The position numbers and the translations under genes were made by a program. Below the pieces are notes generated by a model, which was not told the origin of the DNA, ran no database searches, and saw only the letters and a list, made by a program, of their open reading frames with translations. From positions 3,844,001 to 3,908,000 of the forward strand of contig JAYWIR010000015.1 of assembly GCA_036172245.1 (NCBI GenBank): a stretch of DNA of 64,000 nt, given 5' to 3'. The stretch comes from Raillietiella orientalis. Taxonomy: Eukaryota. Below are positions 48,601 to 59,574 of this stretch, one piece after another (positions within the stretch are counted from its first letter, which is position 1; each line of letters begins with the position of its first letter).

Positions 48601-51600
48601 ATTCATAATATTTGTATTTAGCATTCTTAATTTGTACAGCTCTCCTATAAATCTAAAAAAAATCGCAAATGTACATGACATATCTATTTCCTTATGTATG
48701 CTATAAACCTTATATTTCCAAGGTATTTCCGCTTGGCCTTTTGTTTATCATCTTCATCATTAGCATTTCGTTCTTTTTCAAATTCCTGTTGGCATCTATT
48801 AAGAAGAAGCTTACGAAATGTTATTTTGTCCCTATCTACTTGAAGGACTTCCTTGCTAAGAAGTTCCTTACACATTTTGGCATACTCTACTGCAAAATTT
48901 GGTTCCTCGACAGCCTAAAAAAACAAACTGCTTTGATGCTGAATTTAAGGAATTTTCAGCAACTATGCTTGCAGTAAACCGTTTCAGAAAGATAACTGTC
49001 TTCATTGAAAATCAGACAGGGATAACAAACATCATAAATTTCCCAAACTTTTTTTCATAGATGAGCCATTTACCTTTTCAAATACCAAATTTATGATTCC
49101 TTCCAATCTAAACTGCGTATCTATTTCTAAAGCATGAATCTTATCAATTAGTGTATGGAACTTTTGTGGTGTCAACTTATTTAATATACTTCTGAACTTC
49201 TTAAATAGTGACTAAAACAGAACACTGTTAGACAATGAATCAATTAACACGCTCATTACTTGATCTTTCTCTGTCTCATTGCTTTGACGAGAGCATTTAC
49301 TGGAAGGCTTCCATGCATTCTCGGTTTCATGTAAGTCAACTTTTTCATTTAATAGGACCTTCAACTCAATAAATTTGGGAGCAGGTTTACTGCTTCTACC
49401 CTGAAGGCTTCCCCTACTTGAACGAGGCACCTAGATCCAGATAATGATTGGTCATCATCACTAATGCTGCCTACACACCATTTTGGGAGTGATCCCTGAT
49501 TTATCCAATGGAAAGCTTGGGTAGAAATCTATCGTTTCATTGTTTCTAGGAAAACTTGATCCCCTCCTTGGCACTGAAGCCTGCATCAAATGAAAACGAT
49601 TTGATATAACAATCTCCACTGGTTATAAACACGTTAGATACCTTATTAGATGACTGGCCATTTGAAAATTCCTGTTTCAATTCCTTCGGTTTTTGAATTG
49701 ACAAGAAAACGTGCTGCAAATCCATAATGAACTCCCGACTGTACTTCCTTATTCCATCAGTATTAACATATCCAACTTCTTTTTGGCATTTCACAGCATT
49801 ACTATTATCTTGCGCTTGAATAGAAGTGCTTTCACGACCATCTTTCGCTTCTTTCGAATCCTTAACATCTTTCGCTTTCGATTCCTTAACATCTTTCGCT
49901 TCTTTCGAATCCTTAACATCTTTCGCTTCTTTCGAATCCTTAACATCTTTCGCTTCTTTCGAATCCTTAACATCTTTTGCTTCCTTGACATCTTTCAGTT
50001 CTTTTGCTTCCTTGACATCTTTCAGTTCTTTTGCTTCCTTGACATCTTTCAGTTCTTTCGCTTCCTTGACATCTTTCAGTTCTTTCGCTTCCTTGACATC
50101 TTTCAGTTCTTTCGTATCCTTCGCATCTTTCAGTTCTTTCGTATCCTTCGAATCCTTTACATCCTTCACATCTTTCGAATCCTTTACATCCTTCACTTCT
50201 TTCGTATCCTTCGCATCTTTCGAATCCTTTACATCCTTCACTTCTTTCGAATCCTTTACATCCTTCACTTCTTTCGAATCCTTTACATCCTTCACTTCTT
50301 TCGAATCCTTTACATCCTTCACTTCTTTCGATTCCTTTACATCCTTCACTTCTTTCGATTCCTTTACATCCTTCACTTCTTTCGATTCCTTTACATCCTT
50401 CACTTCTTTCGATTCCTTTACATCCTTCACTTCTTTCGATTCCTTTACATCCTTCACTTCTTTCGAATCCTTTACATCCTTCACTTCTTTCGAATCCTTT
50501 ACATCCTTCACTTCTTTCGATTCCTTTACATCCTTCACTTCTCTCGATTCCTTTACATCCTTCGCTTCTTTCGATTCCTTTGACTCTTTCACTTCTTGCA
50601 CATCTACCACATCACTCACACGTGGTTCTTTATCCTAGGGAAATAAAAGGAATTAAAATAAAACGAACACGCATTCGTGTACATGAAACATCTGTTTGGT
50701 TTCATAAAGAATAGAAAGTAATAAAATGAATACTCACATCTTCCAATTCTTTAGCATTCGTAGGTTGCTGAATGATAATATCCTCTTTCATTTGATCACC
50801 CTCAAGTTGTACTTCATTTTGCACAGGTTCTTCACTTTCTACATGCAAATATTAAAGTAAGTTTTGCGGATTGTATGTATCAAAATGCACTGATCATTCT
50901 TAGAAAGAGGCATATAATATTAATTGAAAAAAAAACTACTCCGAAATGCACGACAATCACTGTACATGGCAGCCTAAATGGTTTCTCAAGATTATTGCAA
51001 AATCAGTACACTTCGAGCACGTTCTTGTAGCGCTCGGCAATACTTCAATCTTGCCAAAAATAGCATTCGCTCTATGAGCAGCAGCAATGGTAAAATTGTA
51101 CTGTTGCCAATTGGAAATAAATTTCCGAACTTCAGATTCACTGGATATTAAAATGCTATAATTGATTAAATATTCCGTGCTTTCGTGTGCAAATTTTACG
51201 CAGCTGTTAAAAGCATTACATTTCAATAATGCCTAAAAAATTTTAAATGCTCCTTTCATGGACGAACACTGATCAAAATAATTATGGGGTAATGCACGGG
51301 AATAGCTTGTTACAGGGTAAAAATTTTGAAAATGTCACAGCCAGTTCCTGAAAAACGATGTACTCAATTGAATTAATGAAGTCTAATTGGCTCAAACCAT
51401 GCGTCTATTTATAATAGAAGTTTACTGGTAATTTACAAAAAAGCGCTCGTAAACTTTAGCCTGGTATTTTGGGGATATGGATATATGTCAACTGAGAAAA
51501 AATGCATGAATCATTTTCACTGAAATTACGGTGTATTTTTGACACTATATTCTTTAATTACGAAGTTGCAGTACAACCCCCTCTCTAATATACCAGTGAC

Positions 51601-54600
51601 CTCTTAGAAGAATTTAAAAATTTGAAACACTGTAAATTGTTCACATTGTTATTCTGGTGACCAACTTGCAAACAAGATAATTTCGAAATATGGCAATAGC
51701 AGCCTAAATACCTGTGAATATTCAATACCTTAGTGATAGGTGAGCATATTCACAAAATCTATGTTCCAAGAATTACATGACTAATGAGAAAATGAAGGCA
51801 ACACACGTGCAGATACACCAAAAAAAGGCGCAAATTACGTTTGGCAAAACAGAAAATGCTAAAATTGTTTCTCCAAAAACCTGTGTAGTACCGAAGTTAC
51901 TAAAATAATACTCGACTTTGTTTATCTTAAACTCATTTGCAGATATATTCAACTATCAGTAAGTAAACTGACAAGAATGTAATGTTTATTAAAATTTGCT
52001 TATAAGATTCAACAAGGAGCAAAGAACAATTGGATATAAAATGCAGATGCAATTTCAATATTGATAGTTATTAAATTTAGAATCTGCTTTCAAACCACTA
52101 GTCTCATTTCTGAATTAGTTTTCATTTAACAAGAAATTTGACAGGAGAAATCCAGAATCAAGCAGATAAATGCTCTCAATCAGGAAATACCATACTTGAG
52201 AGACAAATACCTACTCTAAACACTTGCAGACAAGACTGGTTTGCAAAATGCTGTTCAACCAATGTGCTACTTGATAAAAATAAGTCATAAGAGTACTTGA
52301 TGGGGGCTATGAATTTTTTACATCAATGTAGAAAACAAATTTCTCGAGTTTGTACTTATATAGTTCTTGTTTTATAAGGTTATGCATTAGATGCACAGAA
52401 AATTGTACGCAAGCACACAATCATTAAATAATGCAAACAAAATTCATTGCACATGGGTTCAAAACTCACTGAACACCTACTACTAGCTTGCTTGTTGGTT
52501 ATGTCAACATAAATCAACTTTACAATACTGAAATTGAGCTTTTCGGGACCAATGAACACAAGACTTGTGATTATCCAAGACAATGAAATGCCTTTTTTCT
52601 AAACATCATTTCTAAACATCAGCTACAGGTACATCAAAACCATTACCAACTGAAGCTCTTAAAGAAAGAAAAGAAAACAAGGATGATGAAAACTTTCGAC
52701 ATAAGAAAAAATTATGGGCACACAATATGTAAAGCTAAATATGCTGGGCAGCTCAAAACACCTCCAACAAGAGGCAACTTTAATATTATAAAAACGTTTC
52801 ACGAACAAAATGACTTCTATATTCTCTCACATTCTCAATAGTTTACTTTTAGATGAATGCAATAATCCAAAGCTATTTTAAACCTGGAAGCAGGGGACTG
52901 CAACTGCAGAATCTTTCCAGAGTTACACTGCAATTTTTAAACTTCCAGGTACATAAGTCTCTTGAACTTAAATGGATTCAGTTGTAATTAACAGACTAGA
53001 AAATAAATCTTATGTGCACAAAAACATGTGAAATGAATAAATCTCTAACATGGATACCGACTCAACAAACTATTGCCAATGATCAAAGGAGTTGAGACCA
53101 TTAACAACAGCTACATATATAGACCCTCAAGCCAGGAAATCAAGAAATACGTGTATATTATCCACCAATATCCACTTACAAAGACACAGGCTTCAGAAAT
53201 TCCGTATGAATAGAACAGATGCACAAAAGACTACCACAAATAAAACATGCAAAACCTTCTCAAAGGTCCTAATAAGCTTTGGGAAATGAAATGAAATAAT
53301 ATTCCTTAGCTTGCACACAACACAAAACCAATTCATTAAATACAAATCCTACATATTTGATTTAAGGCATCAAAATTCTACAGAACATTAAATTCATTAC
53401 AGGTACACAATCTTCAAATGCGAATCGGAAAAAATGCACACCTAACTTATAGGTGCTTAATAGAAACTCACCATGAAAAATCTCAATATACAGAATAGAT
53501 TAACAATCAATGAATTTTAAGGCATAAACATTTAATGTGTAACTGAAATCATATCAATTTCATATCAAGTGCTGCTTTGAAGTAATATTGTTCACAAGAT
53601 ATGCATGGACAGAGTGAGCAAGTTTTTGTTTATTTAACAATTTTAAAGATCAAGTATAACACAAAACCACCTGTGACTACAGTCAACCTACCATTGTTGA
53701 CTCCATCCACATTAGTTCCTATCTGCACATTATCCTCCTGAGAAGTCATGACCACTAACTCATTTTTATCAACATCCTCAGAAAACATATCACTTGTAAA
53801 TTGATGTAATATATCACTATCTAAATTCATGGGTGACTGTGCATCACTAGTTACAAGAGTCATACTGGGTGTGCTTTCAACTTCAGGGAAAGGGAGGGCA
53901 TCATTAACTGTCAAAGAAGCTGATATGCTTGGCTCAAATTCAGGTAACAATAAATCTTTACTCTCCCCATAAGCTACGTTTGCCACCTGCCTTGCAAATT
54001 CTGCTTTAATGGATTCCTTGAAAAAAACGTGAAAAAATTCGTGCCATGTCCCTTACTGACACTACTTACTGATGGGAGAGAATCACATACTCCAGTTTCA
54101 CCAGAAAGAGTGTTTCCCTGATTCATTCTTTCTTTTTCCTTTTCCTCTAAAAATTCTTTCAGTACATCTTTTCCTGTATCTGGATCTTTGATTTCAATAA
54201 ATGTCTTTTTTCTTTCGGTCCTAACAGGTTCACTTGAGGAACTTGAAGTCTGGGTGATGACAGGCAATCCACGAGGCATTGTCTGTCCCACAGGTGTTGT
54301 CACCACATACATGGCAGGATTGAATTGTGCATACTCTGCTATACAAAGAACACAATCGAATTTCATCTACATTAAACTTACCAGTAATTAAAGAAGGATA
54401 ACTATACCCAGGAGTCATTTGAGAATACATCATTCTATTAGGCTACAAATAAACAATGAATCAACAACAAAGTACATCTCATTGATTTCTGAATTGGTTA
54501 GTTGCAAAGAATAGAATGAAATAAACAATGAAATAGCAAACAAACAAACAGGATAAATCTGGGATCACAATTCATGCATTATTCCATGAAATTCACTTTA

Positions 54601-55280
54601 TTAAACATATTTGCAAGTTCCATCACTAAGCTATCAAATCATATGCTCTAAGCTGTTATATTTTCATAATTTAAATAATAACCTGAACAACAAACAGCTA
54701 TTGTTCAAATCTTAAATATGCTACACATATATAAATACAGAACATCTAATATGTGGGAACTTGTCCACATATAAAGGGGAATTTTCAAATAGCTCACCAT
54801 GTGTGCAGTTGGTGAATTAAAAATGACTGATGGTATCATTGTGTTGTTGAAGTAGTTTCCTTGTGAATGAGGATTATAATTCACTGAAGTAGTTGGCATT
54901 ATGTACTTTGGTGTCTGATAGAAATCAGCAAACAAGCACATCCCATAAATGCTTAATCACATGTTTCTAACCTGGATGTTTCCTTGAGGCCGTGAACTTC
55001 GTGGAAACAACATAGAATTTGCAACAGATGAAGAACTTCCTAATAAACATATACTTTATGAAAAAATTTTTTGAACTTTTGACAAATTTTTGCACAACTT
55101 TCAAAAGCTTTCAGATTACTCGTTAACATCACACTTTATCAGCAGACCGTCACGAAAATTTTCATCATACTGGACTCCATAAATGAAATCCAATTACACT
55201 GCACACACTTCAAAAAATGATTATGCATAGCATTTACCTTGCAATGAGCTGGGGTTGGTATGCAAGGCTTGCTTATTCAT
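45676..55280 (-). CDS. eIF4G: Eukaryotic translation initiation factor 4 gamma (divergent), ~26 coding exons
   Basis: Exons: 55280-55238, 55039-54972, 54914-54798, 54442-54382, 54338-54070, 54016-53692(or 53671), 50838-50738, 50634-49642, 49580-49479, 49430-49260, 49211-49074, 48914-48709, 48652-48493, 48440-48179, 48134-48037, 47858-47701, 47659-47568, 47515-47376, 47277-47099, 47044-46965, 46897-46779, 46722-46570, 46509-46393, 46197-46113, 46059-45919, 45848-45676. Motifs: IEIKDPDTGKDV (PABP), YSREFIM, ENAWKP; MIF4G (RSILNKLTPQKF, FRKLLLNRCQQEFE, LGNIRFIGELYKL, SRVRFMLQDLIDL); MA3 (DIPLLWMYL); W2 (FIRALTSAV, LQCLLALQ, GKGVAVKS). Confidence 0.95.
49835..50600 (-). repeat. Coding minisatellite (9-nt subunit, 27-nt unit) encoding ~250 aa of xK[D/E] within eIF4G exon 8
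   Basis: Units such as ttctttcgattcctttacatccttcac encode SKEVKDVKE/D, then AKELKDVKE, then SKEAKDVKD blocks. Confidence 0.97.
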
Positions 55281-55628
55281 GTCATGAGTGGTGACTCAGA
55301 AGCAGTTGGAGCACTGTAACAGTACCAAAAAAAAATATAATGTACGTAACTTAACAGCTTGTATGTGCAGATTAATCAATAGATCACAAATCATTATTCA
55401 TTTTCTATTCTAAAAAATCATTGGTGAATTTTTGAATCGAAATTATTTCATTAGCATGTCAAACAACAATAATGCTCGAAACGATTTCCAAACAGGGCAA
55501 AACAAGACAACTATTTAATTAATAACAACCATTTCTATTGCTCAAGGCTTCTTGAAATTCCAAAAAGAACGGTTAAATTTCTTACTTGATTAGGACAGAT
55601 TGCCATTCCCTTTGATGATCTGCATGCG
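55281..55628 (-). promoter_or_regulatory. Putative spliced 5' UTR of eIF4G with upstream AUGs
   Basis: Acceptor ttacag| before 55313. Candidate exon 55628-55586 (ctacag| ... |gtaaga). Upstream ATGs at 55625, 55606 and 55285. Confidence 0.45.
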
Positions 55629-58382
55629 CTGTAGAAATCACATGCAATCAGAAGTTCCATTGAAACTATCTGAACTTGAACTTAAATTTTCAATTTTAAT
55701 TCTTGACAAAATAATTGATTTGATTGAACGTCTTTATTGTTTCTGAAAACAATTTCAATAATATGAACAAAATTACCTAAATATCAAAAGCGCAATTAAA
55801 CTAGAAGGACAATATCTTTTCAAGAGCATTTATTATTACTGCTGCTCGACTTTTTGTCCAAGATTTCCACCATTGCTCCGCCAAGGCATTCACGCACGTA
55901 AAATTGAGGCCATGTGATGCATCCCAATATGGCTGCTACTTATCGCTCGCGGTACACTTATTCTATTACGTCATTCTACATCCCATTTCTCTATTCACGT
56001 GTTTCACAACTGAGTATTTAAGCATTTGGAAGGAAACGAGGCCCTTTCGGCGAAACGCTGCATGGATGTGTTCGAAAAGAACTCTTTCATTTCGGCAAAG
56101 AAATCGTCATAAAGTCGAAACCATTGTGATTAAGCGAGGAAAACAATTGCAAATCCTTTCGAAACTGTTTGCAAGGCTCCACGCTGCAACTGATGGCACA
56201 CTGAATCACAGCAGCAAAAAAAGGGAAAAAGGCATTCATCGACGTATCGGCTGACCAACCTTCACACAAACTACTCTTAAAACCAATATGAAAAAAAAAA
56301 AAAAAAAATTTTTTCCCCTCCTCCCCTGCGCGCTGTTTGTCGCAAATTCCTGCAGAACTGAGGAGGAATTCCTTGGCTGCAAGCGTTTCACACTTACAAG
56401 CAATTGCACCAAGACCAACTCCCATGTGACTCCACACACGTTGTGAGATGGGTGTGCGACAAACGCGAAACCATACATCACACCTTTTCCAGATTTGAAC
56501 AATAAGATTTCGTAATACGGCACATTTGCGCCGTGCAGGAAAACGACTTCAGGATGCACATGCCATGTAGACAAAATGCGCACAAAATGTACTTCTTTTG
56601 AATACAAGATTGTTCGGCAAATTCCTTTTATGACCTGTCAAACAAGCATTTCGTTTGGGAAAATATTCGTCTTTCAGACAATTACGAACGAACAATGCCA
56701 GGTTTACGGCAAAGTGGTTGCTTTACATCGCGAACCATGAGAACATAATTTAATGAGCACGAAATCTTACACTGCGATGGTAATTAATAATTACGATACG
56801 CAGGAGGCATAAACAGTACGTTGCTGCAATAACAATCCGATTACATATTTACATCAATAAAACTTTGATTCACGTCTTCGGTATCATTTATATCACGTCT
56901 GATGAAACAAGGGGATCGCGGATAACATGCAACTTCTAAAGGTCCACAGTGATGAGAAATGCTTTCCAAGCTGATGCTCTTTAAGCAATTTTCCAAACCA
57001 TCAAGCTCTTTAAAGTAATTCAATATTTTTTTTTTTTTTTTTGTCGCGTACATGCATTCTTTTCCAGTCTCTTGCAAATCTATTCTCCCAACTCGACCTT
57101 TGTTCTACACAAGATTATTCCTATACAATATTACTAAACAGTGCAACATCCACATATATAGGGAACAGCATATTTACAACATACAAACTATGATAGTTTA
57201 ACTTTGCAGTGTTTTTTTTACTTCTGTTGATTAAGAATTTCTTTTTCTGCAGTACACATACCAAGAATTTTTTTTGCAAACAAATGCATCAATTTAACAT
57301 CATTTAACAATTCATCTTGTTTAACAAGGCTTAAACTTGTGCTGAATGCTGTGAACACATCAAACAATTCACCTTCCCTTAGATGCAAATACTGACATGT
57401 TTCTTTGTGCAAACCCACACACACACACTGACAATCTCCTAAATATAAGAGCTTAACAAAAAATCCATGCACTCCAATGGTATCTAGAATTTTGGTTTGA
57501 AGTGAGGATGTTTTTGCTTTTATTGGGCAAATCAAGCTTAAACATGCTGCAATTCCAAATTTAATGAATAAAATAGGATGCATAACACCCTGAAATAAAA
57601 AGTCAACTGTAATGTAACACTAGTCTGAAAATCTATGGGCAAGTACAAAATTGTAGCCAAGTAAGCATTATGTAAAAACCACTGATGTTTCAGACATAAA
57701 TTTTAGGTTAATGCTTCTGTGTTGGATGTTAGATGAAATCCTCCTGTCATACAGTAAACAGACGAAATAGCATTTTAAAACTACCTCAATTAAAAGGGTT
57801 TCATTAGTATCTTGATCACAGGTTTTTAATGCAACTCATGGTGCACTCAAACTGAGAAACTGAGCATGCACTCCATTATTAATATTAGGAAATGCTTTAA
57901 AAATACTACCTCTTACAGTATGAAAAGCAGTATTGGGATTTTGCTACCCAACACTTAACCACAAAATTATTTGAATGAACTAGCATAACCACATTTTCTG
58001 CATGTAATCAACCATTCTAGGAAATATTTGCAATTGGCATTGATTATTTTTACAAATCAGTTTCCATATAAACAAGTGTTAAATACATCTACTGATACTG
58101 ACAACTGATCCGAACATAAGTATTATCCATAAATCGCATGCATGAACACTAATAAAGTTTCACTGATGAACAGCAAATAATGGACTTGATAAATAAATGA
58201 ATGCAAACACAGACTGAACAAAATAGAAACGCGATGACCTCTTCTACTTATTTGGGCACATTTGTGCATAATTACAGCCACATGGGCACAAAGATAAATT
58301 ACAGAAAGACTGGGCAATCTGTCCTCACATATTAAATTGTTTTAAGGGCTCCCGCTAGTCACATGCACACCTACGCAAATTC

Positions 58383-58422
58383 AGAAATCCAACTAGACAT
58401 TTGCATGTCTAGTTGGATTTCT
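58383..58422. repeat. Perfect 18-bp inverted repeat with 4-nt loop
   Basis: agaaatccaactagacat-ttgc-atgtctagttggatttct. Confidence 0.9.
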
Positions 58423-59540
58423 TTGGCACCCAATCCACATAACTTTTTTTCCTTTTCTAAAATCAGCAGACCAAACTACACTGATAACGATGAGCTACAC
58501 TGAACGAATACATCAAATCCCAAGGTAACAAAGAAAACGTGTGTCAGAGCTACACTCACAGGCAAATGGTTGGACCTCAAAATAACACCGGACAAGCATT
58601 CTGCACTAAACAGATGCAAACCAACTAGACAGAGTTGGTGACGAAAGCTGAAATTACTCCATGGTAAATCGAATTTAACACGTACTCCAAAGAACTTCCA
58701 CGTACAAGGGAGGAAGAAAAAAGGGGGGGGAGGAAAAACGAATGTAAAAAAAAAAACGATGGGAAAAAAAAAAGAAAAAGGGGGGGCTAAAGGAAAGAAA
58801 GGAAGGAAGAAAAAACCACCCACACATACACACACATTGTGATGCCCTTTCTGACGCAAAAACAAGAGGAAGGAGATTGCATGGATTGACCGCCAACATT
58901 TACAACGAACATTCCTGCCTGTGGCCAACAGGAACCACTCACATACGGCAAATCGCCGCGCACATAACCACCACCTACGTCTGGTTGCGAAAGAATAACC
59001 CACTCCTCGACACGTGATGCCCCACGAAACCTTCCATACGAAAATCACGAAAGCAAAATGCTAAATCGCGTGGGAAAACGCCGTTACGTACAGTTCTCTC
59101 TTCACACCATTTTGCATTTGCATTTTATATGTGCATGAAAATATGGAATTCTGTTCGTCCATTTACAAAAAGCACTTTAATGCGATTAAAATCAAATGGA
59201 AAATTCATCTTTTAGCCACCTCGCACGATTCGAGGAGAGGAGGATTCTTGCGTTTGTCGAGACAACCGCCAAGGAAAGGGGAAAAAAAAAATTCACACAT
59301 ATACACGGGATGCCTTGTATAGACACCAAACACACAAAGTTTAATCAATACCGTTATTGTACACTAAAGAATTCAGGAATACGTCCGGAATTCGTTGACG
59401 TCCAGCGTGTACCTTTTAAAACTCTTTGGCTGATTTCACAGAAATCAATGCAACATAACTAATTTGACTTTCCGCTGATATGCACAGATCTGGGTTGGTG
59501 AAAATTTACTAAAACGAAAACCACCAAAAATAAAAGAAAC

Positions 59541-59543
<3 letters not shown>

Positions 59544-59572
<29 letters not shown>
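59544..59572. repeat. (TA)n microsatellite
   Basis: Uninterrupted ta dinucleotide run. Confidence 0.9.

Positions 59573-59574
<2 letters not shown>

Noticed and set aside
49835..50600. 27-nt repeat array as a CRISPR
   Set aside because: The units are contiguous with no unique spacers, in frame within a eukaryotic exon, and there are no cas genes.
49711..50638. Two long plus-strand ORFs (FFRILYILH and SFTSFES repeats)
   Set aside because: They are antisense shadows of the eIF4G coding minisatellite and stop-free only because of the repeat.
56841..57583. Minus-strand ORFs of 121 and 78 aa upstream of eIF4G
   Set aside because: They could be exons of an unknown gene, but my trial joins hit stops and no family was recognised.
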